Origin: Octopus sinensis
Taxonomy: Eukaryota
Assembly: GCF_006345805.1 (NCBI RefSeq)
Contig: NC_043010.1
Location: 28,086,001-28,150,000 of the forward strand
DNA: 64,000 bases
Direction: 5' to 3'
This document shows, one piece after another, positions 47,808-62,125 of this stretch; position 1 is the stretch's first letter; each line of letters begins with the position of its first letter. A model generated the notes under the pieces. That model had not been told where the DNA came from, made no database searches, and saw only the letters and a program-made list of their open reading frames with translations. The position numbers and the translations under genes were made by a program.

Positions 47808-48904
47808 GAGAAATCAATACACACAGATAGATCCTTGTATGTTTATTGTCACATTAGGCAGTTAAAAATTTGTTACACAAAGTAAACAAGAATACATGAA
47901 AAAAAAAACCCACAAGGATCCATGACATAAATTGAATATATGTGAAGACATCTAGCTAAACAGAGAAGTTTTCTTTTGACAAGGCACAAAGGCCCTATAT
48001 TTATAAAGGGATAAACAACATGAAGAGAAACTGTGACAATCATGCCTTTCCCTACCCAAGGAAACCAGCACAGCAAGCAAATTGAAGTGGTTTTAAAGCA
48101 GGAATCCAATCCAGTTTTCATGGCCATTACCCGCCAGGGCTTCACTCTTTTGCTCAAAAGTGCTCACTAAAATACACACACACACACATCAAGTGCACAG
48201 TTACAAAAAACTACTTATAGTTTCATGCTTCAAGATACATTAAATTGGCAGTGTTGTATAACATGCCACGTATCTCTAAGCAATCTTACAGGCTCATTTC
48301 ATAACGTCAGATGTATTTATATATGCACACACAGGCATACATACACACACGTACATACGCATGCATGTATGTATGTATGTCTGTAGGTATATATGTATAT
48401 ATACATGTTTACATATATATGAATGTATGTCTAATCATCTGATGAAGGTTCTAATTAGAATAGAAACTGTGATTCTTGCTTACTGATTATAAATTTTCTG
48501 TTTATAATTTTAGTAGGTTTTCAAATCCAATCACCATCAGAAAAAAGAAGAAAAAAACAGGAAGAAGAAAAATGAGAAAAAAAGGTATACAGCAAGACTT
48601 AAACCCTTTGAGACCACATCCCTAAAGAAATACACTATCTATCTGCTTTGTTTAATTTTCAAAGAAATCAACGATGGCTGGTTTTAATGAAATAAATTTT
48701 GTGATGGTCAAGTTGACTGCTTCTTCAAGTTTTGACCAGCAGTTTCTTCAACCAGTTGAACAAGCCAACAGATGGAACTTCAAGTTCCATTCAACATTTG
48801 ATCTTCACTGTAACTTTGGATTTACTATGAATACAGAGTCACATCAACAATAAACATTTGGTTACTTTTCTTAAAAGTGCTTTAAATAAACCTTTCTTCA
48901 ATGC

Positions 48905-50425
48905 ACAGGGCCAGCAATTTTAGGGGAGAGGTTAAGTTGATTACATCGACCCCAGGGTTCCACTGGTTCTTATTTGATTGACACCAAAACGATTAAAAGC
49001 AAAGTTGGCCTTGGCAAAATTTGAACCTAGAATGTAAGGACTGCTGCTAACTATTTTGTTCAGTGAGCTAGTGATTCCGCCAATTCACTGCCTTAGAAAA
49101 GTGCTTTAAATAATTATTTCAAAATTTTTGCCACAAGGGCAGCTTAGGGGAGGTGGAGATAAGTTGATTACATCGACCCCAGTGTTCAACTGGTACTTAT
49201 TTTATCGACCCTGAAAAGATGAAAGGCAAAGTTAACCCCAGCAAAGTTAACCCCAGCAAAGTTAACCCAGAACATAGTGATGGGTGAAATACTGCTAAGC
49301 ATTTCATCCAGCGTGCTAACGATTCTGCCAGCTCACTGCCTTCAAGGAGATTCAGCGTGACACATAGTGTGACAAGACTGGCCCTTTAAAATACAGGTAC
49401 AACAGAAACAGGAAGAAAGAGAGAAAGTTGTGGTGAAAGAGTACAGCAGGGTTTGCCACCACCCCTGTCAGAGCCTCGTGGAGCTTTAGGTGTTTTCGCT
49501 CAATAAACACTCACAATGCCCAGTCAGGGAATTGAAACCATGATCCTACAACCGCGAGTCCACTGCCCTAACCACTGGGCCATTGCACCTCCACTGACAT
49601 AGTGTAAACATTGAAGCATAATTACTATCCTTCAAGTCTTGCTGCTTTTCAGATGGAGATTTTGGGCCTTTTATGTTGTCCTACCTTTTTGACTGTAAAG
49701 TTTGGAAGTTGAAAAATTCAACTTATATGCTGGGAAACACGATAACTTTCCAGTGATTTAGATGGTGTTTGGAAATACAACAAAGATTTAAATTTAAATT
49801 TAAAAATAAATACTTTAAAACTGATATTTCTGAATCAGTAGAACTAGCAGTGAACTAAGGTCCTAATTCTTTTGGTAACGAAAATATCAATACGTTTAGT
49901 TAAAAAAAATTTATTAACCAAACACCAATAGATTGTGGTGGAATCTCTGTTGGTTTCAGTGTTGTGCATTTGCACAACTGCTTTCCTATTGATAATACGG
50001 GTTTCAAATTTTGGCACAAGGCCAGCAATTTCAGGGGAGGAGGTAAGTCGATTACATTGACCCCAGTATGCAGCTGGTACTTATTTTATCGAACCAAAAA
50101 GGATGAAAGGTAAAGTTGACCTCGATGGGAATTGAACTCAGGACATAAAGATGTATGAAATGGTGCTAAGCATTTTGTGCAGTGTGCTAATGATTCTGTC
50201 AGCTTCCACCTGTAATAATAACAATAATAATATTGGTTCCAAATTTTGGCACAAGGCCAGCAGATCAGGTGGAGGGGATAAGCCAATTACATTGACCCCA
50301 GTACTCAACTGGTACTTATATTATCAACCTAAAAAGGACGAAAGGCAAAGCTGATTAAAGTGAACATAGAAGCATTTTGCCTGGCATGCTAATGATTCTG
50401 CCAGCTCGCTGCTTTAATAATAATG

Positions 50426-50459
<34 letters not shown>

Positions 50460-51070
50460 TAATAATCATCCTCTCTACTAAAGGCACAAGGCCTTAAATT
50501 TTGGGGGAGCGGGTAGGTCAATTATATCGACCCCAGTGTTTCACTGGTACTTAATTTATTGACCCCGAAAGGATGAAAGGTTAAGTTAACCTTGGCAGAA
50601 TTTGAACTCAGAATGTAGAGATGGCCGAAATATTGCTAAGCATTTTGCCCAGCGTGCTAACAATTCTGCCAGCTCACCACCTTAATAACGATAACAATGA
50701 TGAAAGGTAACGATAACAATAATAATAATAAAATTAACATGTAAGTAGCCGAGTATTCCCAGTACATGACCATTGCCCCTGTAGCAAATGGATTTGGATG
50801 AATGCTCCCACAACTCTGGGGCAAATATAATTATCTAACATTTATTATAATTAGACATAATTATAATGGTGGACCTATTACAATAATTAAGGGAGCTCCT
50901 GGTCAGCATCATAGTTATTATGTGTACTCTTTAGAGAGAAGGATAGAAAAAAAGGGAGAGACAAGAATTATTGATTCCCAGTACATGACTGGTATTTTAT
51001 TTAACAGCCCTGAAAAGTTGACAAGCAAAGTTGACCTCCCTGACATTTGAACTAGAGCAGAGAAAATAGG
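48905..51070 (-). mobile_element. Cluster of about 6-7 co-oriented SINE copies (one family, plus one other SINE)
   Basis: Repeated GCACAAGGCC...ATCGACCCCAG...CTGGTACTTA...GATGAAAGG.AAAG at about 48905, 49130, 50010, 50245, 50480 and 50980. Confidence 0.75.
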
Positions 51071-52427
51071 ATGAATGACCAGAAGGCATTCTATCAGATG
51101 TGGAAGTGTATGGCTTAGTGGTTAGGGTGTTGAACTCATAATCGTAAGATTGTGGTTTCAATTCCTGGACCAAGCAATGCATTGCATTCTTGAACAAAAC
51201 CCTTCATTTCAAGTTGCTCCATTCCACTCAACCAGAAAAGATGAGTTATCCTGCAATGGACTGGCATCTCGTCTGTGAAGGAATACATGCGCCAAAGAAA
51301 CAGGGAAACCATTCCTATGTTCCTTACAGAGTAATGTGGACCAACCATTCTATCAGATATCCTAAGAACTCTGCTAATACTTACTCGCTGCCTTCTGTTA
51401 TCTCCAAAGCTAATTACATCAACCAAGGTTTTTATTCATTTTCATTTTGGCAGGTTTTCATGAAACATTCATTATTGTTATGTCCTTACCATTTTAAGTG
51501 GTGGAACAGAATAAAAGAAATGCATGTGTTTACAGTTCCTTAAATCCTTAAAAATGTTTTAGCCTGAAGGCTGCGGCCATGCTGGGGCACCACCGCTGAA
51601 GTTACAAGAGATAAAGAGACTTTGGTTTTAGTTATACTGGAACCGGTGATTATTCTAGCAAAAAAAAAAAACAACAAAAAACCCTGAGATTTTTCAAATT
51701 ACTAACCATGTAGATACTGTTTTTTTCTTTCTTTTTTCTGCTTCTTGCGGGTAGTTTAAGTAAAAAATATTTTTAATACTTGTATTTAGAATTTAACCAG
51801 AAAATTTTTTTCCAAGCAAGATCAAACATTTATTTATTTTCACTGAAGATGAATTGAAATGCAGTCCCAATCATTCAAAAATCTTTAATACATCATTTAA
51901 ATTCTGAATTTACACTTATATATATATATAAAACAAACAAACACAGAAATAAATAAATTCAATAAAAAAAACATACTCAAAACTGTCATCTACAAACATA
52001 TACAAATGTATGCATTCATACACACACATACACACAAATGAATAAATTATAATAAATTTTAAAAAATAATAAATATACAGCAATACTTTTTAGCGATATC
52101 TTCTAGTGTTAGTGCTGAATGGAGAAACAATCATACTGTGAAGATCATAGCAGAAAAGACTCCAGTCTAACGACATCTACATTGTTCAACTAACATTCAT
52201 GGATTTATACGATGGATGGTTTCAGTCGACTGCTGTGGACACAGGGATGGAATACGTTGAGTTGTATATGGGTATACACAGGCAGGTGCATGCATGTATG
52301 TGTGCGAGTGTGTGTATGTCTGAGTGTGTGTGTGTGTATACTGCTATCATCACTACCATTATCAAAATAATGAAAATGATACACACACACACATATATAC
52401 ATATATACATACACATATACACACATT

Positions 52428-53557
52428 AGGGTATCCCGTTTTCTAGGTCAGAATTTTTTTCTGACTGCACCATTGTCTTGTGTGGTGCCAGTGGATGAAA
52501 GAATGGGGTCTACAAAGTAACGGGGCTCTAAAACCATTCTTGTGACAACACAAGCCTCTTGAAGTTGAAAAAAATTGTCAAAATTGGCCACTTTTATTGT
52601 GCTTGTGTAGAGTCAAGTCTAATATTCATTTCACAAGTCTCACATGAATCTAAATTATGCTAGAAAATTACAGTGAAAGTGCATCGTTTATTTTTAATGA
52701 TTTTAATGACAAGCACAATGTAACATGGTTAGCAAAACATTCTTTAGTCATAAATCAACAACAGCCTTCCAAGATACATTTTGGAAGAGACTTTTAATGT
52801 ACATAATACAAGTTGTGCTATAAAAAGAACCCTTAGAGCATACTTATGTAGCTGGTTTTCAATAGGAAATTTTAAGACTAAGATGTTCATTATTCACTTG
52901 GCACTTAACCTTTTCGATACCAACCCGGCTGAAACTGCCTCTGTCTCAATAGTACAAATGTCTTATTTTCAGAAGTTCTGAATTAAAATCTTCAACCAAA
53001 CGTAGCTTAATGATAACTAAGTTATTTTATTAAATTCTTTGTTATATTTAAAATTAATTGAAAGAAACAACAGAAATATGGTAACAAAAGGATTAAGCAT
53101 GGGAAATCCTGCAGAAATGTATGAAATAAATTTAACTGCCATTCCAATCCACCCAAGAGGCTGCAGTTCAGTTTCAGACTCCTAACCCTTTTGTTCATGT
53201 GGAGGGTTCCCTTGTTATCTCCTATTCATGGTTGTTCAACATCTAGTAGATTTTAAGACTTTTAGTCAACAGCGTAACTTTGTGTTTGTTATAAAGTCAC
53301 ATTAGAAATGAGTTTTACGCTTGCCCCATAATTTTCTAGCATAATTTAGATCGACATGAAGCTTACAAAACAAACATTGATTAGACACTACACAAGTACA
53401 ATAAAAATGGCCAATTTTTCAACTTCGGGAGGCTTGTGTAGTTACAAAAATGGTTTTAGAGTCCTGTCATTTTGAATATCTCATTTTTTCATCTACTGGC
53501 ACCACACAAGAAAAATAACGGTGCAGTCAGAAAAAATTTTGACTCTGGACATCCATA
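52428..53557. mobile_element. Non-autonomous DNA element with ~190-bp diverged TIRs
   Basis: 52440-52620 (GTCAGAATTTTTTTCTGACTGCACC...CTTGTGTAG) is the reverse complement of about 53370-53550. TSD not resolved. Confidence 0.7.
52909..53092. mobile_element. Nested piggyBac-like MITE
   Basis: TTAA|CCTTTTCGATACCA ... TGGTAACAAAAGGA|TTAA. Confidence 0.55.
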
Positions 53558-53953
53558 TATATATATATATGTATGTGTGTGTTTGTGTGTATATATATAT
53601 ATATATATATAATGTATATAGATACATATCTATATATACATACATACACACACATACATATACATATATATATGTATATACATGCATATATATCATCACT
53701 ATCATCATGAAAATGATAATGGTAATGATGCACACACACACACACACGCACGTGCACGTAAACAATATTTGTTTTTGGTCAAGTCAACATCTTTGCTACT
53801 CCAAAGTTTCGATCCTGTGTTCACCAGGTGTTGAGTACACTATTGGTTACATGGGTGACACTCCAGAATAGCAAGACATTGGCTCAACCAAAAGAAAAAT
53901 ATCAAGCAAGCTTTACTATGGTATCAAACATTTTTTCTCTGACACTCAACACT

Positions 53954-53985
<32 letters not shown>

Positions 53986-55059
53986 ATCACATACGCGGGT
54001 ACAACTCCTCGAAAAAAAATCAAGCAATTATTATAATTATCATAAATTTTTGATTTATAATTCCAATCTCAGGAAAAAAAAAACAAGGAAAGTTATTCAA
54101 TGCAGTTTGTTTGCAGAAGCTATTCGTGTACGCCTAATATTTCTGCTGCACAGCACATAGAAATCGAACTACATTTGGTGAAAAAAAACAGTGAAAACTC
54201 GATGGAATCAGTCTGCTTACAGACCTAACTGCATTTTTTCCAGGTAATGCGGTTGTTGAAGTTGTTTTTTTAATATTTTTTTTTATATTTGATGCATTTG
54301 TTGCTCAGTCTTCATATCAATTCTGAACCTACAGATTTATGGTCAAAGATATTCCAACTGTAACCATCCCACCTTTTTGTATTTTTTTTTTTCAGACAGT
54401 GGACTACACTCTTCAATATGTCCTTTTTTCTAATTTTCGTTTAAAAGACAGTAAGGTGTGATTTCAGAGAAATTTGGCTGCTATTTCTAATAGGTCAAAC
54501 AATCATGTAAAGGGTCTTTCGTTGGCTTATTTGTGGCTTTGTTTATTTATGTGTACTGTTGTTGCTGTTGTGGTTAATTCCAGGTTAAATCTGATCAAGG
54601 CACTCCAACCATGATCACCCCACCCCATTATTTTAATGGAATAACTAGGACTAAATTATTCAAAGTGTCCCTTCCTTATGATGGTGGTGCAATATAATTA
54701 TATTAAGGAGGGGGGGATTTGACTGCTATTTCTAGCAGATCGAGTGACCATGTAGAGGCTCCCTTGTTGGTTAATTTATAGTTTTCTTTGTGTGCTTGTT
54801 TATGTAGATATGTATGTATATTGATTATATTTTGTCTATATGTCTGTTTGTGTGCATGTGTGTTCAGTTGTGTGTGTGTATGTGTAACCACGGTGTTCCA
54901 ATAAGACTGTAAGAAACTGTTTAATAAAAAGGGGACAGGAACAAGAGGGGGAAAAATATAAAAAAGAACAACAAGAAACTATAAGAAAAACAACACAGGA
55001 CTGAAACAACAATTAAAGAAGAAAAGAAAGAAAAATGGCAGTGATAAATTAGTTGTGAT

Positions 55060-55520
55060 ATCATCTAGGTATGATATCAAATTGTACTTGGCCATGGGAT
55101 AAAATCTAAAGAGAGATTAAGCATGTGATATCACTTAAAATAGGATTTGGTCATGTGATTGATATCATTCAAAATAGGATTTTGGCCAGGAGATATCATT
55201 TAATAGAGGATTGGTTTGTGGAACAAAGAGGAATTAGCCATGGGATATCACTTAAAATAGGACTTGGTCATAAGCTATCACTTGAAATGGAACTTGGTCA
55301 TTGGATATTGCTTAAAATAGGACTTGATGATGATAATGATGATGTCACTTAAAGTAGAAGTTGTCTAAATGGATCTTGGCTGTGAGATGTTACTTAAGAT
55401 GACTTGACCATAGGATAAAATCTAGAGACATTAGTCATGAGATATCACATAGAATAGACCTTAACAATTGGATATTATTGAAATAAAATATTATCTAAAT
55501 TATATAATAAACATAGGATA
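55060..55520. repeat. Old ~30-bp minisatellite
   Basis: Diverged units of GGYCATGGGATATCACTTAAAATAGGACTT; related fragments near 56380-56530. Confidence 0.7.
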
Positions 55521-56744
55521 TAACTGAAATGTGAAAATTAGAACTTAGCTTTAATTCTTTTGATAAAAAACCCCAACTGAGATGGCTCCTTGTTTCATGA
55601 TATAAAAACTACCTGTTTTAAAGTGGCCTAAATTAAAACCTTCGATTAAAATTTCCAAGCATTAACTTATTAACAATTAATTTAATTTATTAAGTTCTTA
55701 ATTATTTTCAAGACTAAATTAAACAAAGACAGTATATTTCAATGGCAAATACTGAATTCTTCAAACATACAAGTCAATGTAGCATATATTGTAAATGTAT
55801 TGTGTAAGCATTCAAACTTTGTCACCATCTTTCTAAATCCTGCTGCATTTCACATGGAATTTTTGGTCCTCCAAAGTCCTCTCCATAAATAAACCAGCCT
55901 ACCTTTTTTGACTAAATTTTGGCCTCAAAAATTCGATTTGCGTGCAGGAAAAAATGGGATATGATAAAAAGGTATACATGAGCAGATTGAACAGGGGTTA
56001 AAACGATACACATGAACAGATTGTCATTTACTTAGAATTTTAGTCATGGTTTATCATTTAATGGTGAAGGGGCATAGCCTGGTAGATACAAGGTGTTGCA
56101 CTCATAACTGCTAGATCAAAGGTTTGATTCCAAGACTGAGCAGCACATTGGGTTCTTGTACAAAACATTACATTTCATGTTGCTCCAGGCCACTCCTCTG
56201 TAAATGGGCCACCCTGTGGCAGAATAGTCTTCTGATCAGGGTAGGGAATGTTGGCCTGCTCACCTGGCCAGTGGCATGGCATCATTCGAAAGCCAAAATG
56301 ATGCAAAGCGCATTGTGACCAGTGATGTACGACATCCGATAGCCTGGCCTGACCATGATACTGTGATACCATTTAATGAGAAAATCACTGAAATAAATAC
56401 GATCTAAGTTAGTTCTCAGCCATAGAATATGATCCAAATAATGATATCGTTAAATAACAAAAAACCTAAATAGATCTTAGCCATGGAATGCTATCTAAGT
56501 AGAATATGACCTAAAGAGGATCCCATCCATAAAAAATTAAACAAAATACAATTTGATTGGAGTATCTTCTGAATAAAAGGTTGCTTTTGAGATAATCTCT
56601 AAAGCAGGGGTCTCCAACTAGCAAGTCACTGATCAGTGCCAAGCCATGCACCATTTGGTATCAGACCACACAGAAAAACAGACCATCATAGCCTGCAGGC
56701 TGTTTATGCATTAGAAAGGTGTCATATCTGTAGCTTGCATTCTA

Positions 56745-57110
56745 AACATTTGACTGTGGCCATGCTGGGGCACCACCTCAAGGAATTTTTAGTCAAATTG
56801 GCTTGTTTTCTAAGCCTGCTACTTAATCTATCGGTCTCTTTTGCCAAACTGCTAAGTTAAAGGGACATAAATACACCAACACTGGTTGTCAAGCGGTGGT
56901 AGGTGACAAACACAGACTCAAAGACACACCCACACACATATTACACGTGATGGGCTTCTTTACAGTTTCCATGTACCAAATCCACTCACAAGGCTATTGT
57001 CAGCCCGAGGCTATAGTAGAAGACACTTGCTCAATGTGTCACACAGTGGAACTGAACCCGGAACCATATGGTGGGGAAGCAAGCTTTTTACCACACAGTC
57101 ACGCCTGCAC
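56745..57110 (-). mobile_element. tRNA-derived SINE with CR1-like tail
   Basis: Same family as 9755-10390. Confidence 0.75.
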
Positions 57111-57875
57111 CGATGTGATAATCACAGCATATATCATGCACTCTCCTGTGTTTTGTCATGCATGTAATTATCTTGCATGAAATTGGTCTGTGGTGCTAAA
57201 AAGACTAGAAACCAGTGATTGAAAGGAAGCTGGGTAATAAAATATCTGAGTTACAAGTTAGCCAGGGGAGGTAATCTTGGTTAGTTCTAATAATATATAT
57301 GCCTAAATTATATACATATATATCATTTAGGCATAGGATATCATACAGCTACAACAGGTTGCACTGTAGGATATGATTTAAAATAGGTGATATCATGTCA
57401 GAAAAGAAGTGATTAGGTGTGTGTGTGTGAGTATGTGTGTGTTTGGCTGAGGTGATGAATCAATATTTGTGAGATGAGAATAAGGGGTGAGGACTAGTAA
57501 TGAGTGGAGGCAAAACAATGAGGGGAGGAGGGAGAGTAGGTAAATTTCTGAGCTGAGAGACCAGTGTGGTGGGAGGGTAGTAGGGGTCAAGTTGTGAGCC
57601 GTCAGTGTGGAATTAATTGCTGAAATAGGATAAGGAGGATATCAGGGTAGACTAGTGTAGGGTAGGGTAGGGTAATAACCTGAGATGAGACTTTGGGTGG
57701 GGGGTGGGGGAGAAGGAGATTTTGACTGAGGAGGGAGTTCTTTAAGATGTATCTATTGTCTGAGTTTACTGATTATGTGTATGTGTGTGTGTGTGTTTAT
57801 TACACCAATTACCACAAGGACTGAAGGCCTCAAGAATCTTGGTGATAAAAAATACAACAAAAATCAAAAACAACA

Positions 57876-57936
<61 letters not shown>

Positions 57937-58191
57937 CAATAATAATGATAATAATAATAATGATGATAATAATAATAATATAATAATAATAATAAATTAA
58001 AATAAAATAAAATAAAACACAAAAATAAGAATAAAACAAAAAAAATAGCAGCGAACAAACAAACAGCAGTTTCAGTTGTATTTAAGATCGAAAGCAGAGT
58101 TTTTTTTTGTGTTTTTGTTATTGTTATTTCTTTTTTTTCAACTGTTTGACAGAAGTAGTTCCAGTGAGTCAGCGAATTGCCAAAGCAAAGG

Positions 58192-58369
58192 TCAACTGTT
58201 GGGCAGTTCAAGAGGGTCAGCCATGCTACTGTGACTGTGCCGTCGGCTAAAACACAGACAGCTGCTGGTGCAGCGTTCCCATCGGCTAAACTGTTGTTGC
58301 TTTTGGTGTTGTTGTTTCTTTGAAGGGCTGTTTAATAAACTCTGAAATAGTTCCATCTCTTTAACATAC
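58192..58369 (-). CDS. Probable terminal coding exon of a minus-strand host gene
   Basis: Acceptor ATTTCTATTTGCAG| followed by one open frame (G)YVKEMELFQSLLNSPSKKQQHQKQQQFSRWERC...ELPNS*. The other two frames close quickly. UTR-like unique sequence follows. No family recognised. Confidence 0.45.
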
Positions 58370-58399
58370 CTGCAAATAGAAATCACTTCAGTTAAACAT

Positions 58400-58760
58400 T
58401 AAAAGCACCATTTGAGTGTGATCATTACCAGCGTCGCCTTAATGGCACGTGAACAAAACATTCGAGCGAGGTTTTTGCCAGTGCCACTGGACTGACTCCT
58501 GTGCTGGTGGCACGTAAAAAACACCATTTCGAGCATGGCCATTGCCAGTATCGCCAGACTGGCCCTCGGAGCAAGTGGCACGTAAAAGTACCCACTACAC
58601 CCTTGGAGTGGTTGGCATTAGGAAAGGCTTCCAGCTGAAGAAACTCTGCCAGATCAGATCGGAGCCTGGCCCAGCCATCTGGTTCGACAGTCCTCAGTCA
58701 AACCGTCAAATGCTTGTTAGCATGGAAAGCAGACATTAAACGATGATGATGATGATGATG
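58400..58760 (+). mobile_element. RTE 3' UTR fragment
   Basis: Tail modules and (GAT)n end. Confidence 0.75.
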
Positions 58761-59889
58761 GTTGAGGAGGATCGAGGACTTGATGGTGGATGCTGGGGTT
58801 GGAGGCTGGCAAAGGTGAATGGAGTACGGTGGTATGGGCATGTGTTGAGGAGGAATGAAGAGCATGTTCTGAGGAGGGTGCTTGAGTTTTTAGCAAATGG
58901 ACCGTGAAGGTGAGGTAGACCAAAAATGTGGAGGGGACAGGTGGAAGGGGAGATTGGGAGGGTTGGCTTGAGAAGGGACAATGCCCAAAACCAGGCAAGA
59001 TGGCGAGATGGTGTGAGGGCAGTTGCTATGGCATTGAAGTAGATCTGGCCACTCCTGTTAAGGGGACAAAACCCAGATTTAAAACACTGGATGATGATGA
59101 TTGAATAAGAGAGCAGCACATGACATCAAAGTGACACAAGGGAGCACATTTATGAAGCCCAATATAACCATCATTACCACCATCAGGGTACATCAAGCAC
59201 ATGCATCACAACTATACGTGCACAACATGGATCTTATATCAAAATAAACAGCACATGACCTTGCAGGTGGGGCACAGTTAGAATTTTCTTCAGGTCAAAT
59301 AGCCCATCCCACTCTAAAAGGTCCCTGAATAAGGGTTGGTTAAGGATGTTGAACAAAACACCCATGTTTCCAAAGGTGAATTATCCAAACCTCCAAGAAT
59401 CCCTCTCAACACATGGCTATGATGCGCCCTTACTACTTCTGCTCGTGATCAGAGATGCACGTATTGTCAGCCACTAAAGGACATGCTCAACTGGTTAAGG
59501 TCAAACAACTGACAAGTAAATCTGTGGTTTTGAGCAGAATATTTTATACCAAGGCAAAACAATGTACAAGGTAGCACTTCTAATCAGTTAAGATCAGAAA
59601 CCATTATTTATTATTATTGAGATTGGACAATAGTTGAAATGATGAGGCTACTGATCCAGAAACATGGATCTACAATCGTAGATCCATGTTTCTGGATCAG
59701 TAGCCTCATCATCTCCAAGCAATAAGCACATCCTCTTCTTCAATGGGACATCAAAATCAGAGAATTTTCGATTCTTGAAATTATCTCCCCTTCTCATGTG
59801 GAGCTGATCTTACTTGTCATTTGGTTAGGACTAAACATCATTTCAAGGTGGAGAGGATTTTAATAAATCAAGAAATTATGTTGTATGGT

Positions 59890-60160
59890 ATCATTATCAT
59901 TATTATTATTATTATCATTATCATCATCATTATTATTATTATCATCATTATTATTATTATTAATATTATTATTATTATCATTATTATTATTATTAATATT
60001 ATTATCATCATTATTATTAATATTATTATTATTATCATCATTATTATTATTATTATTATTATAATTATTATTATTATTATCATTATTATTATTGTTATTA
60101 TTATTACTATCATTATTACTATTATTATAACTATTATTATTATTATCATTATTATTATTA

Positions 60161-60192
<32 letters not shown>
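59890..60192. repeat. (ATT/ATC)n microsatellite
   Basis: Direct reading. Confidence 0.95.
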
Positions 60193-60195
<3 letters not shown>

Positions 60196-60905
60196 TAGTT
60201 TTATTTTTATAGCGTGCTTTCACTTCACTACCGAGCGCAGCTCTGTGTGCCTTGGGTATGTGCTGTGATTTGTTGTGATGCTCTGATGGTTATTGTATGG
60301 AAAGTGTTCTGCGTAGGATGTGTGCAGTGCCTAGTAGTGCAATTTTCTGTATGTTATATGTTTGTAAGTCCTGGTGTTTTTGTTATGTATTTGTCTGAAT
60401 ATTTTTTTATCATGCCTAATGCACCTACTATGATAGGAATTGTTTCTGTTTTCAGGTTCCACATTCTAGTTACCTCTATTTCCAGGTCTTTGTATTTTGA
60501 GAGTTTCTCCATTTCTTTTAGAGACACGTTGTCATCTGCCGGTATTGATACATCAATTAGAAAGCATTTTTTTTCTTCATGATCTCTGACAACTATATCT
60601 GGTCTGTTGGCCTTAATTTCTCTATCTGTGTGTATCGGCATATCCCAGAGTATGGTTGCTTTCTCGTTTTCTGTGACCTTTTCTGGTGTGTGCCTATACC
60701 ATCTTTTTTCTGTTGTTATTCCATAATGTTGGCATAGCTTCCAATGTATGTAGGTTCCAACTCTGTCGTGTCTGTGAATATATTTCTTCTTAGCCAGGAC
60801 TGGGCAGCTAGAGATAATATGATTTATTGTTTCTTGTCCATCTCCACATATTCTGCAGTTACTTGTAATATTTCTTTTCATTACATGTTTTTGGTAATTT
60901 CTGGT
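60193..60905 (-). mobile_element. 3' end of an RLE non-LTR retrotransposon (R4/Dong-like)
   Basis: CCHC knuckle CRICGDGQETINHIISSC, RHD motif, PD-(D/E)xK nuclease NRPDIVV...LIDVS...KLSKY. One frameshift near 60355, stop at 60290-60292. The 3' end abuts (TAA)n. Confidence 0.88.
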
Positions 60906-61042
60906 GGAGAGGCTTTGGTCTTGTGCTGCAATTAAAAATCCCTGTTTCTGCTTTTATTATTATTATCATTATTATTATTATCATTATCATTATTATTATT
61001 ATTACTATTTAATTTTTATTTTATTTTTATTTTATTTTTATC

Positions 61043-62125
61043 TAGTTTCAGCTCACAAGCTGTGGCCATGCTGGGGCACCGCCATTTGGTGTTGCTGCAT
61101 GATTTTACTTCACGAATGCTTTTTAGCAATTGACATTTGGTGCATGAGAGAGTTCGATGCAGCAGCCCTCATCTGCACCTCCTGCCGTGAAGTTGGTTCA
61201 TCTGGAACACCTGACAAGAAGAGATCCAGTTTTATTTTAAAGACATCTGCATCCACCCCATGCAGGTCTCTTAGGTTCTTCGGGAGGATATTGAAGAGCT
61301 GTGGGCCTCGGAAGCCCAGGCTATCACAGTATCTTGTCCTACATCTTGATGGCAAATTTGGAGTCCTTGGCACTATGCAGTGGCGCCCAGTTCTGGAATT
61401 TGTGTAACTCTTGATGTCAAAGTTTGGGACAAGTCGTTCTAGGATCTTCCAGATGTATATTATGGCATATCTTTCTCGCCTACGCTCTAAGGAATAGAGT
61501 ATCAATCTCTTGAGTCTTTCCCAATAGCTTATATGCTGCACAGAGGCTATCTTCTTCGTGTAGCTTCGTTGGATCGCCTCAAGTTCTGTGATTAACTTGA
61601 CACTGGATGGTGACCATAGCTGAGAGCAATAGTCAAAGTGGCTTAGGATAAGTGTCCTTCAGAGGATTATCATGGTTTCCTGGTCTCTTGTTCTAAAGGT
61701 TCTAAGAATCCATCCGGTCAGCCACCTACATTTCATTGCCAATTTAGCAACATGCACATGAAAGGTTGCATCATCGCTCATGTAAATACCCAGGTCTCGC
61801 ACTGATTGTGCCTCTGGGATTGCAATCCCTCCAGGTCCAGTGTATTTATTGGGTATTGCATTTAGTTTTGCATGCTGATAGCATAAAGCTTGAAACTTTT
61901 CAGCATTGAACTGCATGCTATTCTTTTCAGCCCACTTGTATATTTTGTCTAGCTCACATTGCAGGTGCTTAGTGTCTTCAGGGTTCTGTATTGCCTGTGA
62001 AACTTTTGTATCATCTGCATAACTTGTGATCGTGGCTCTCTGCGTGGCTGAGGGAATGTCTGAGAGGGCCATTATGAACAGTAGTGGTCCCAAAACAGTG
62101 CCTTGCGGAACACCACTCACTATTT
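61043..62125 (-). mobile_element. 5'-truncated CR1-clade LINE
   Basis: SGVPQGTVLGP, SYADDTK; highly similar to the 14603-15764 copy. Confidence 0.9.

Noticed and set aside
48433-48475. Hammerhead-like CTGATGA...GAAAC
   Set aside because: Stem II is imperfect and there is no NUH triplet or stem III; at most a decayed relic.
48674-48853. 59-aa ORF in unique sequence
   Set aside because: No recognisable motif and no supporting donor; compatible with chance.
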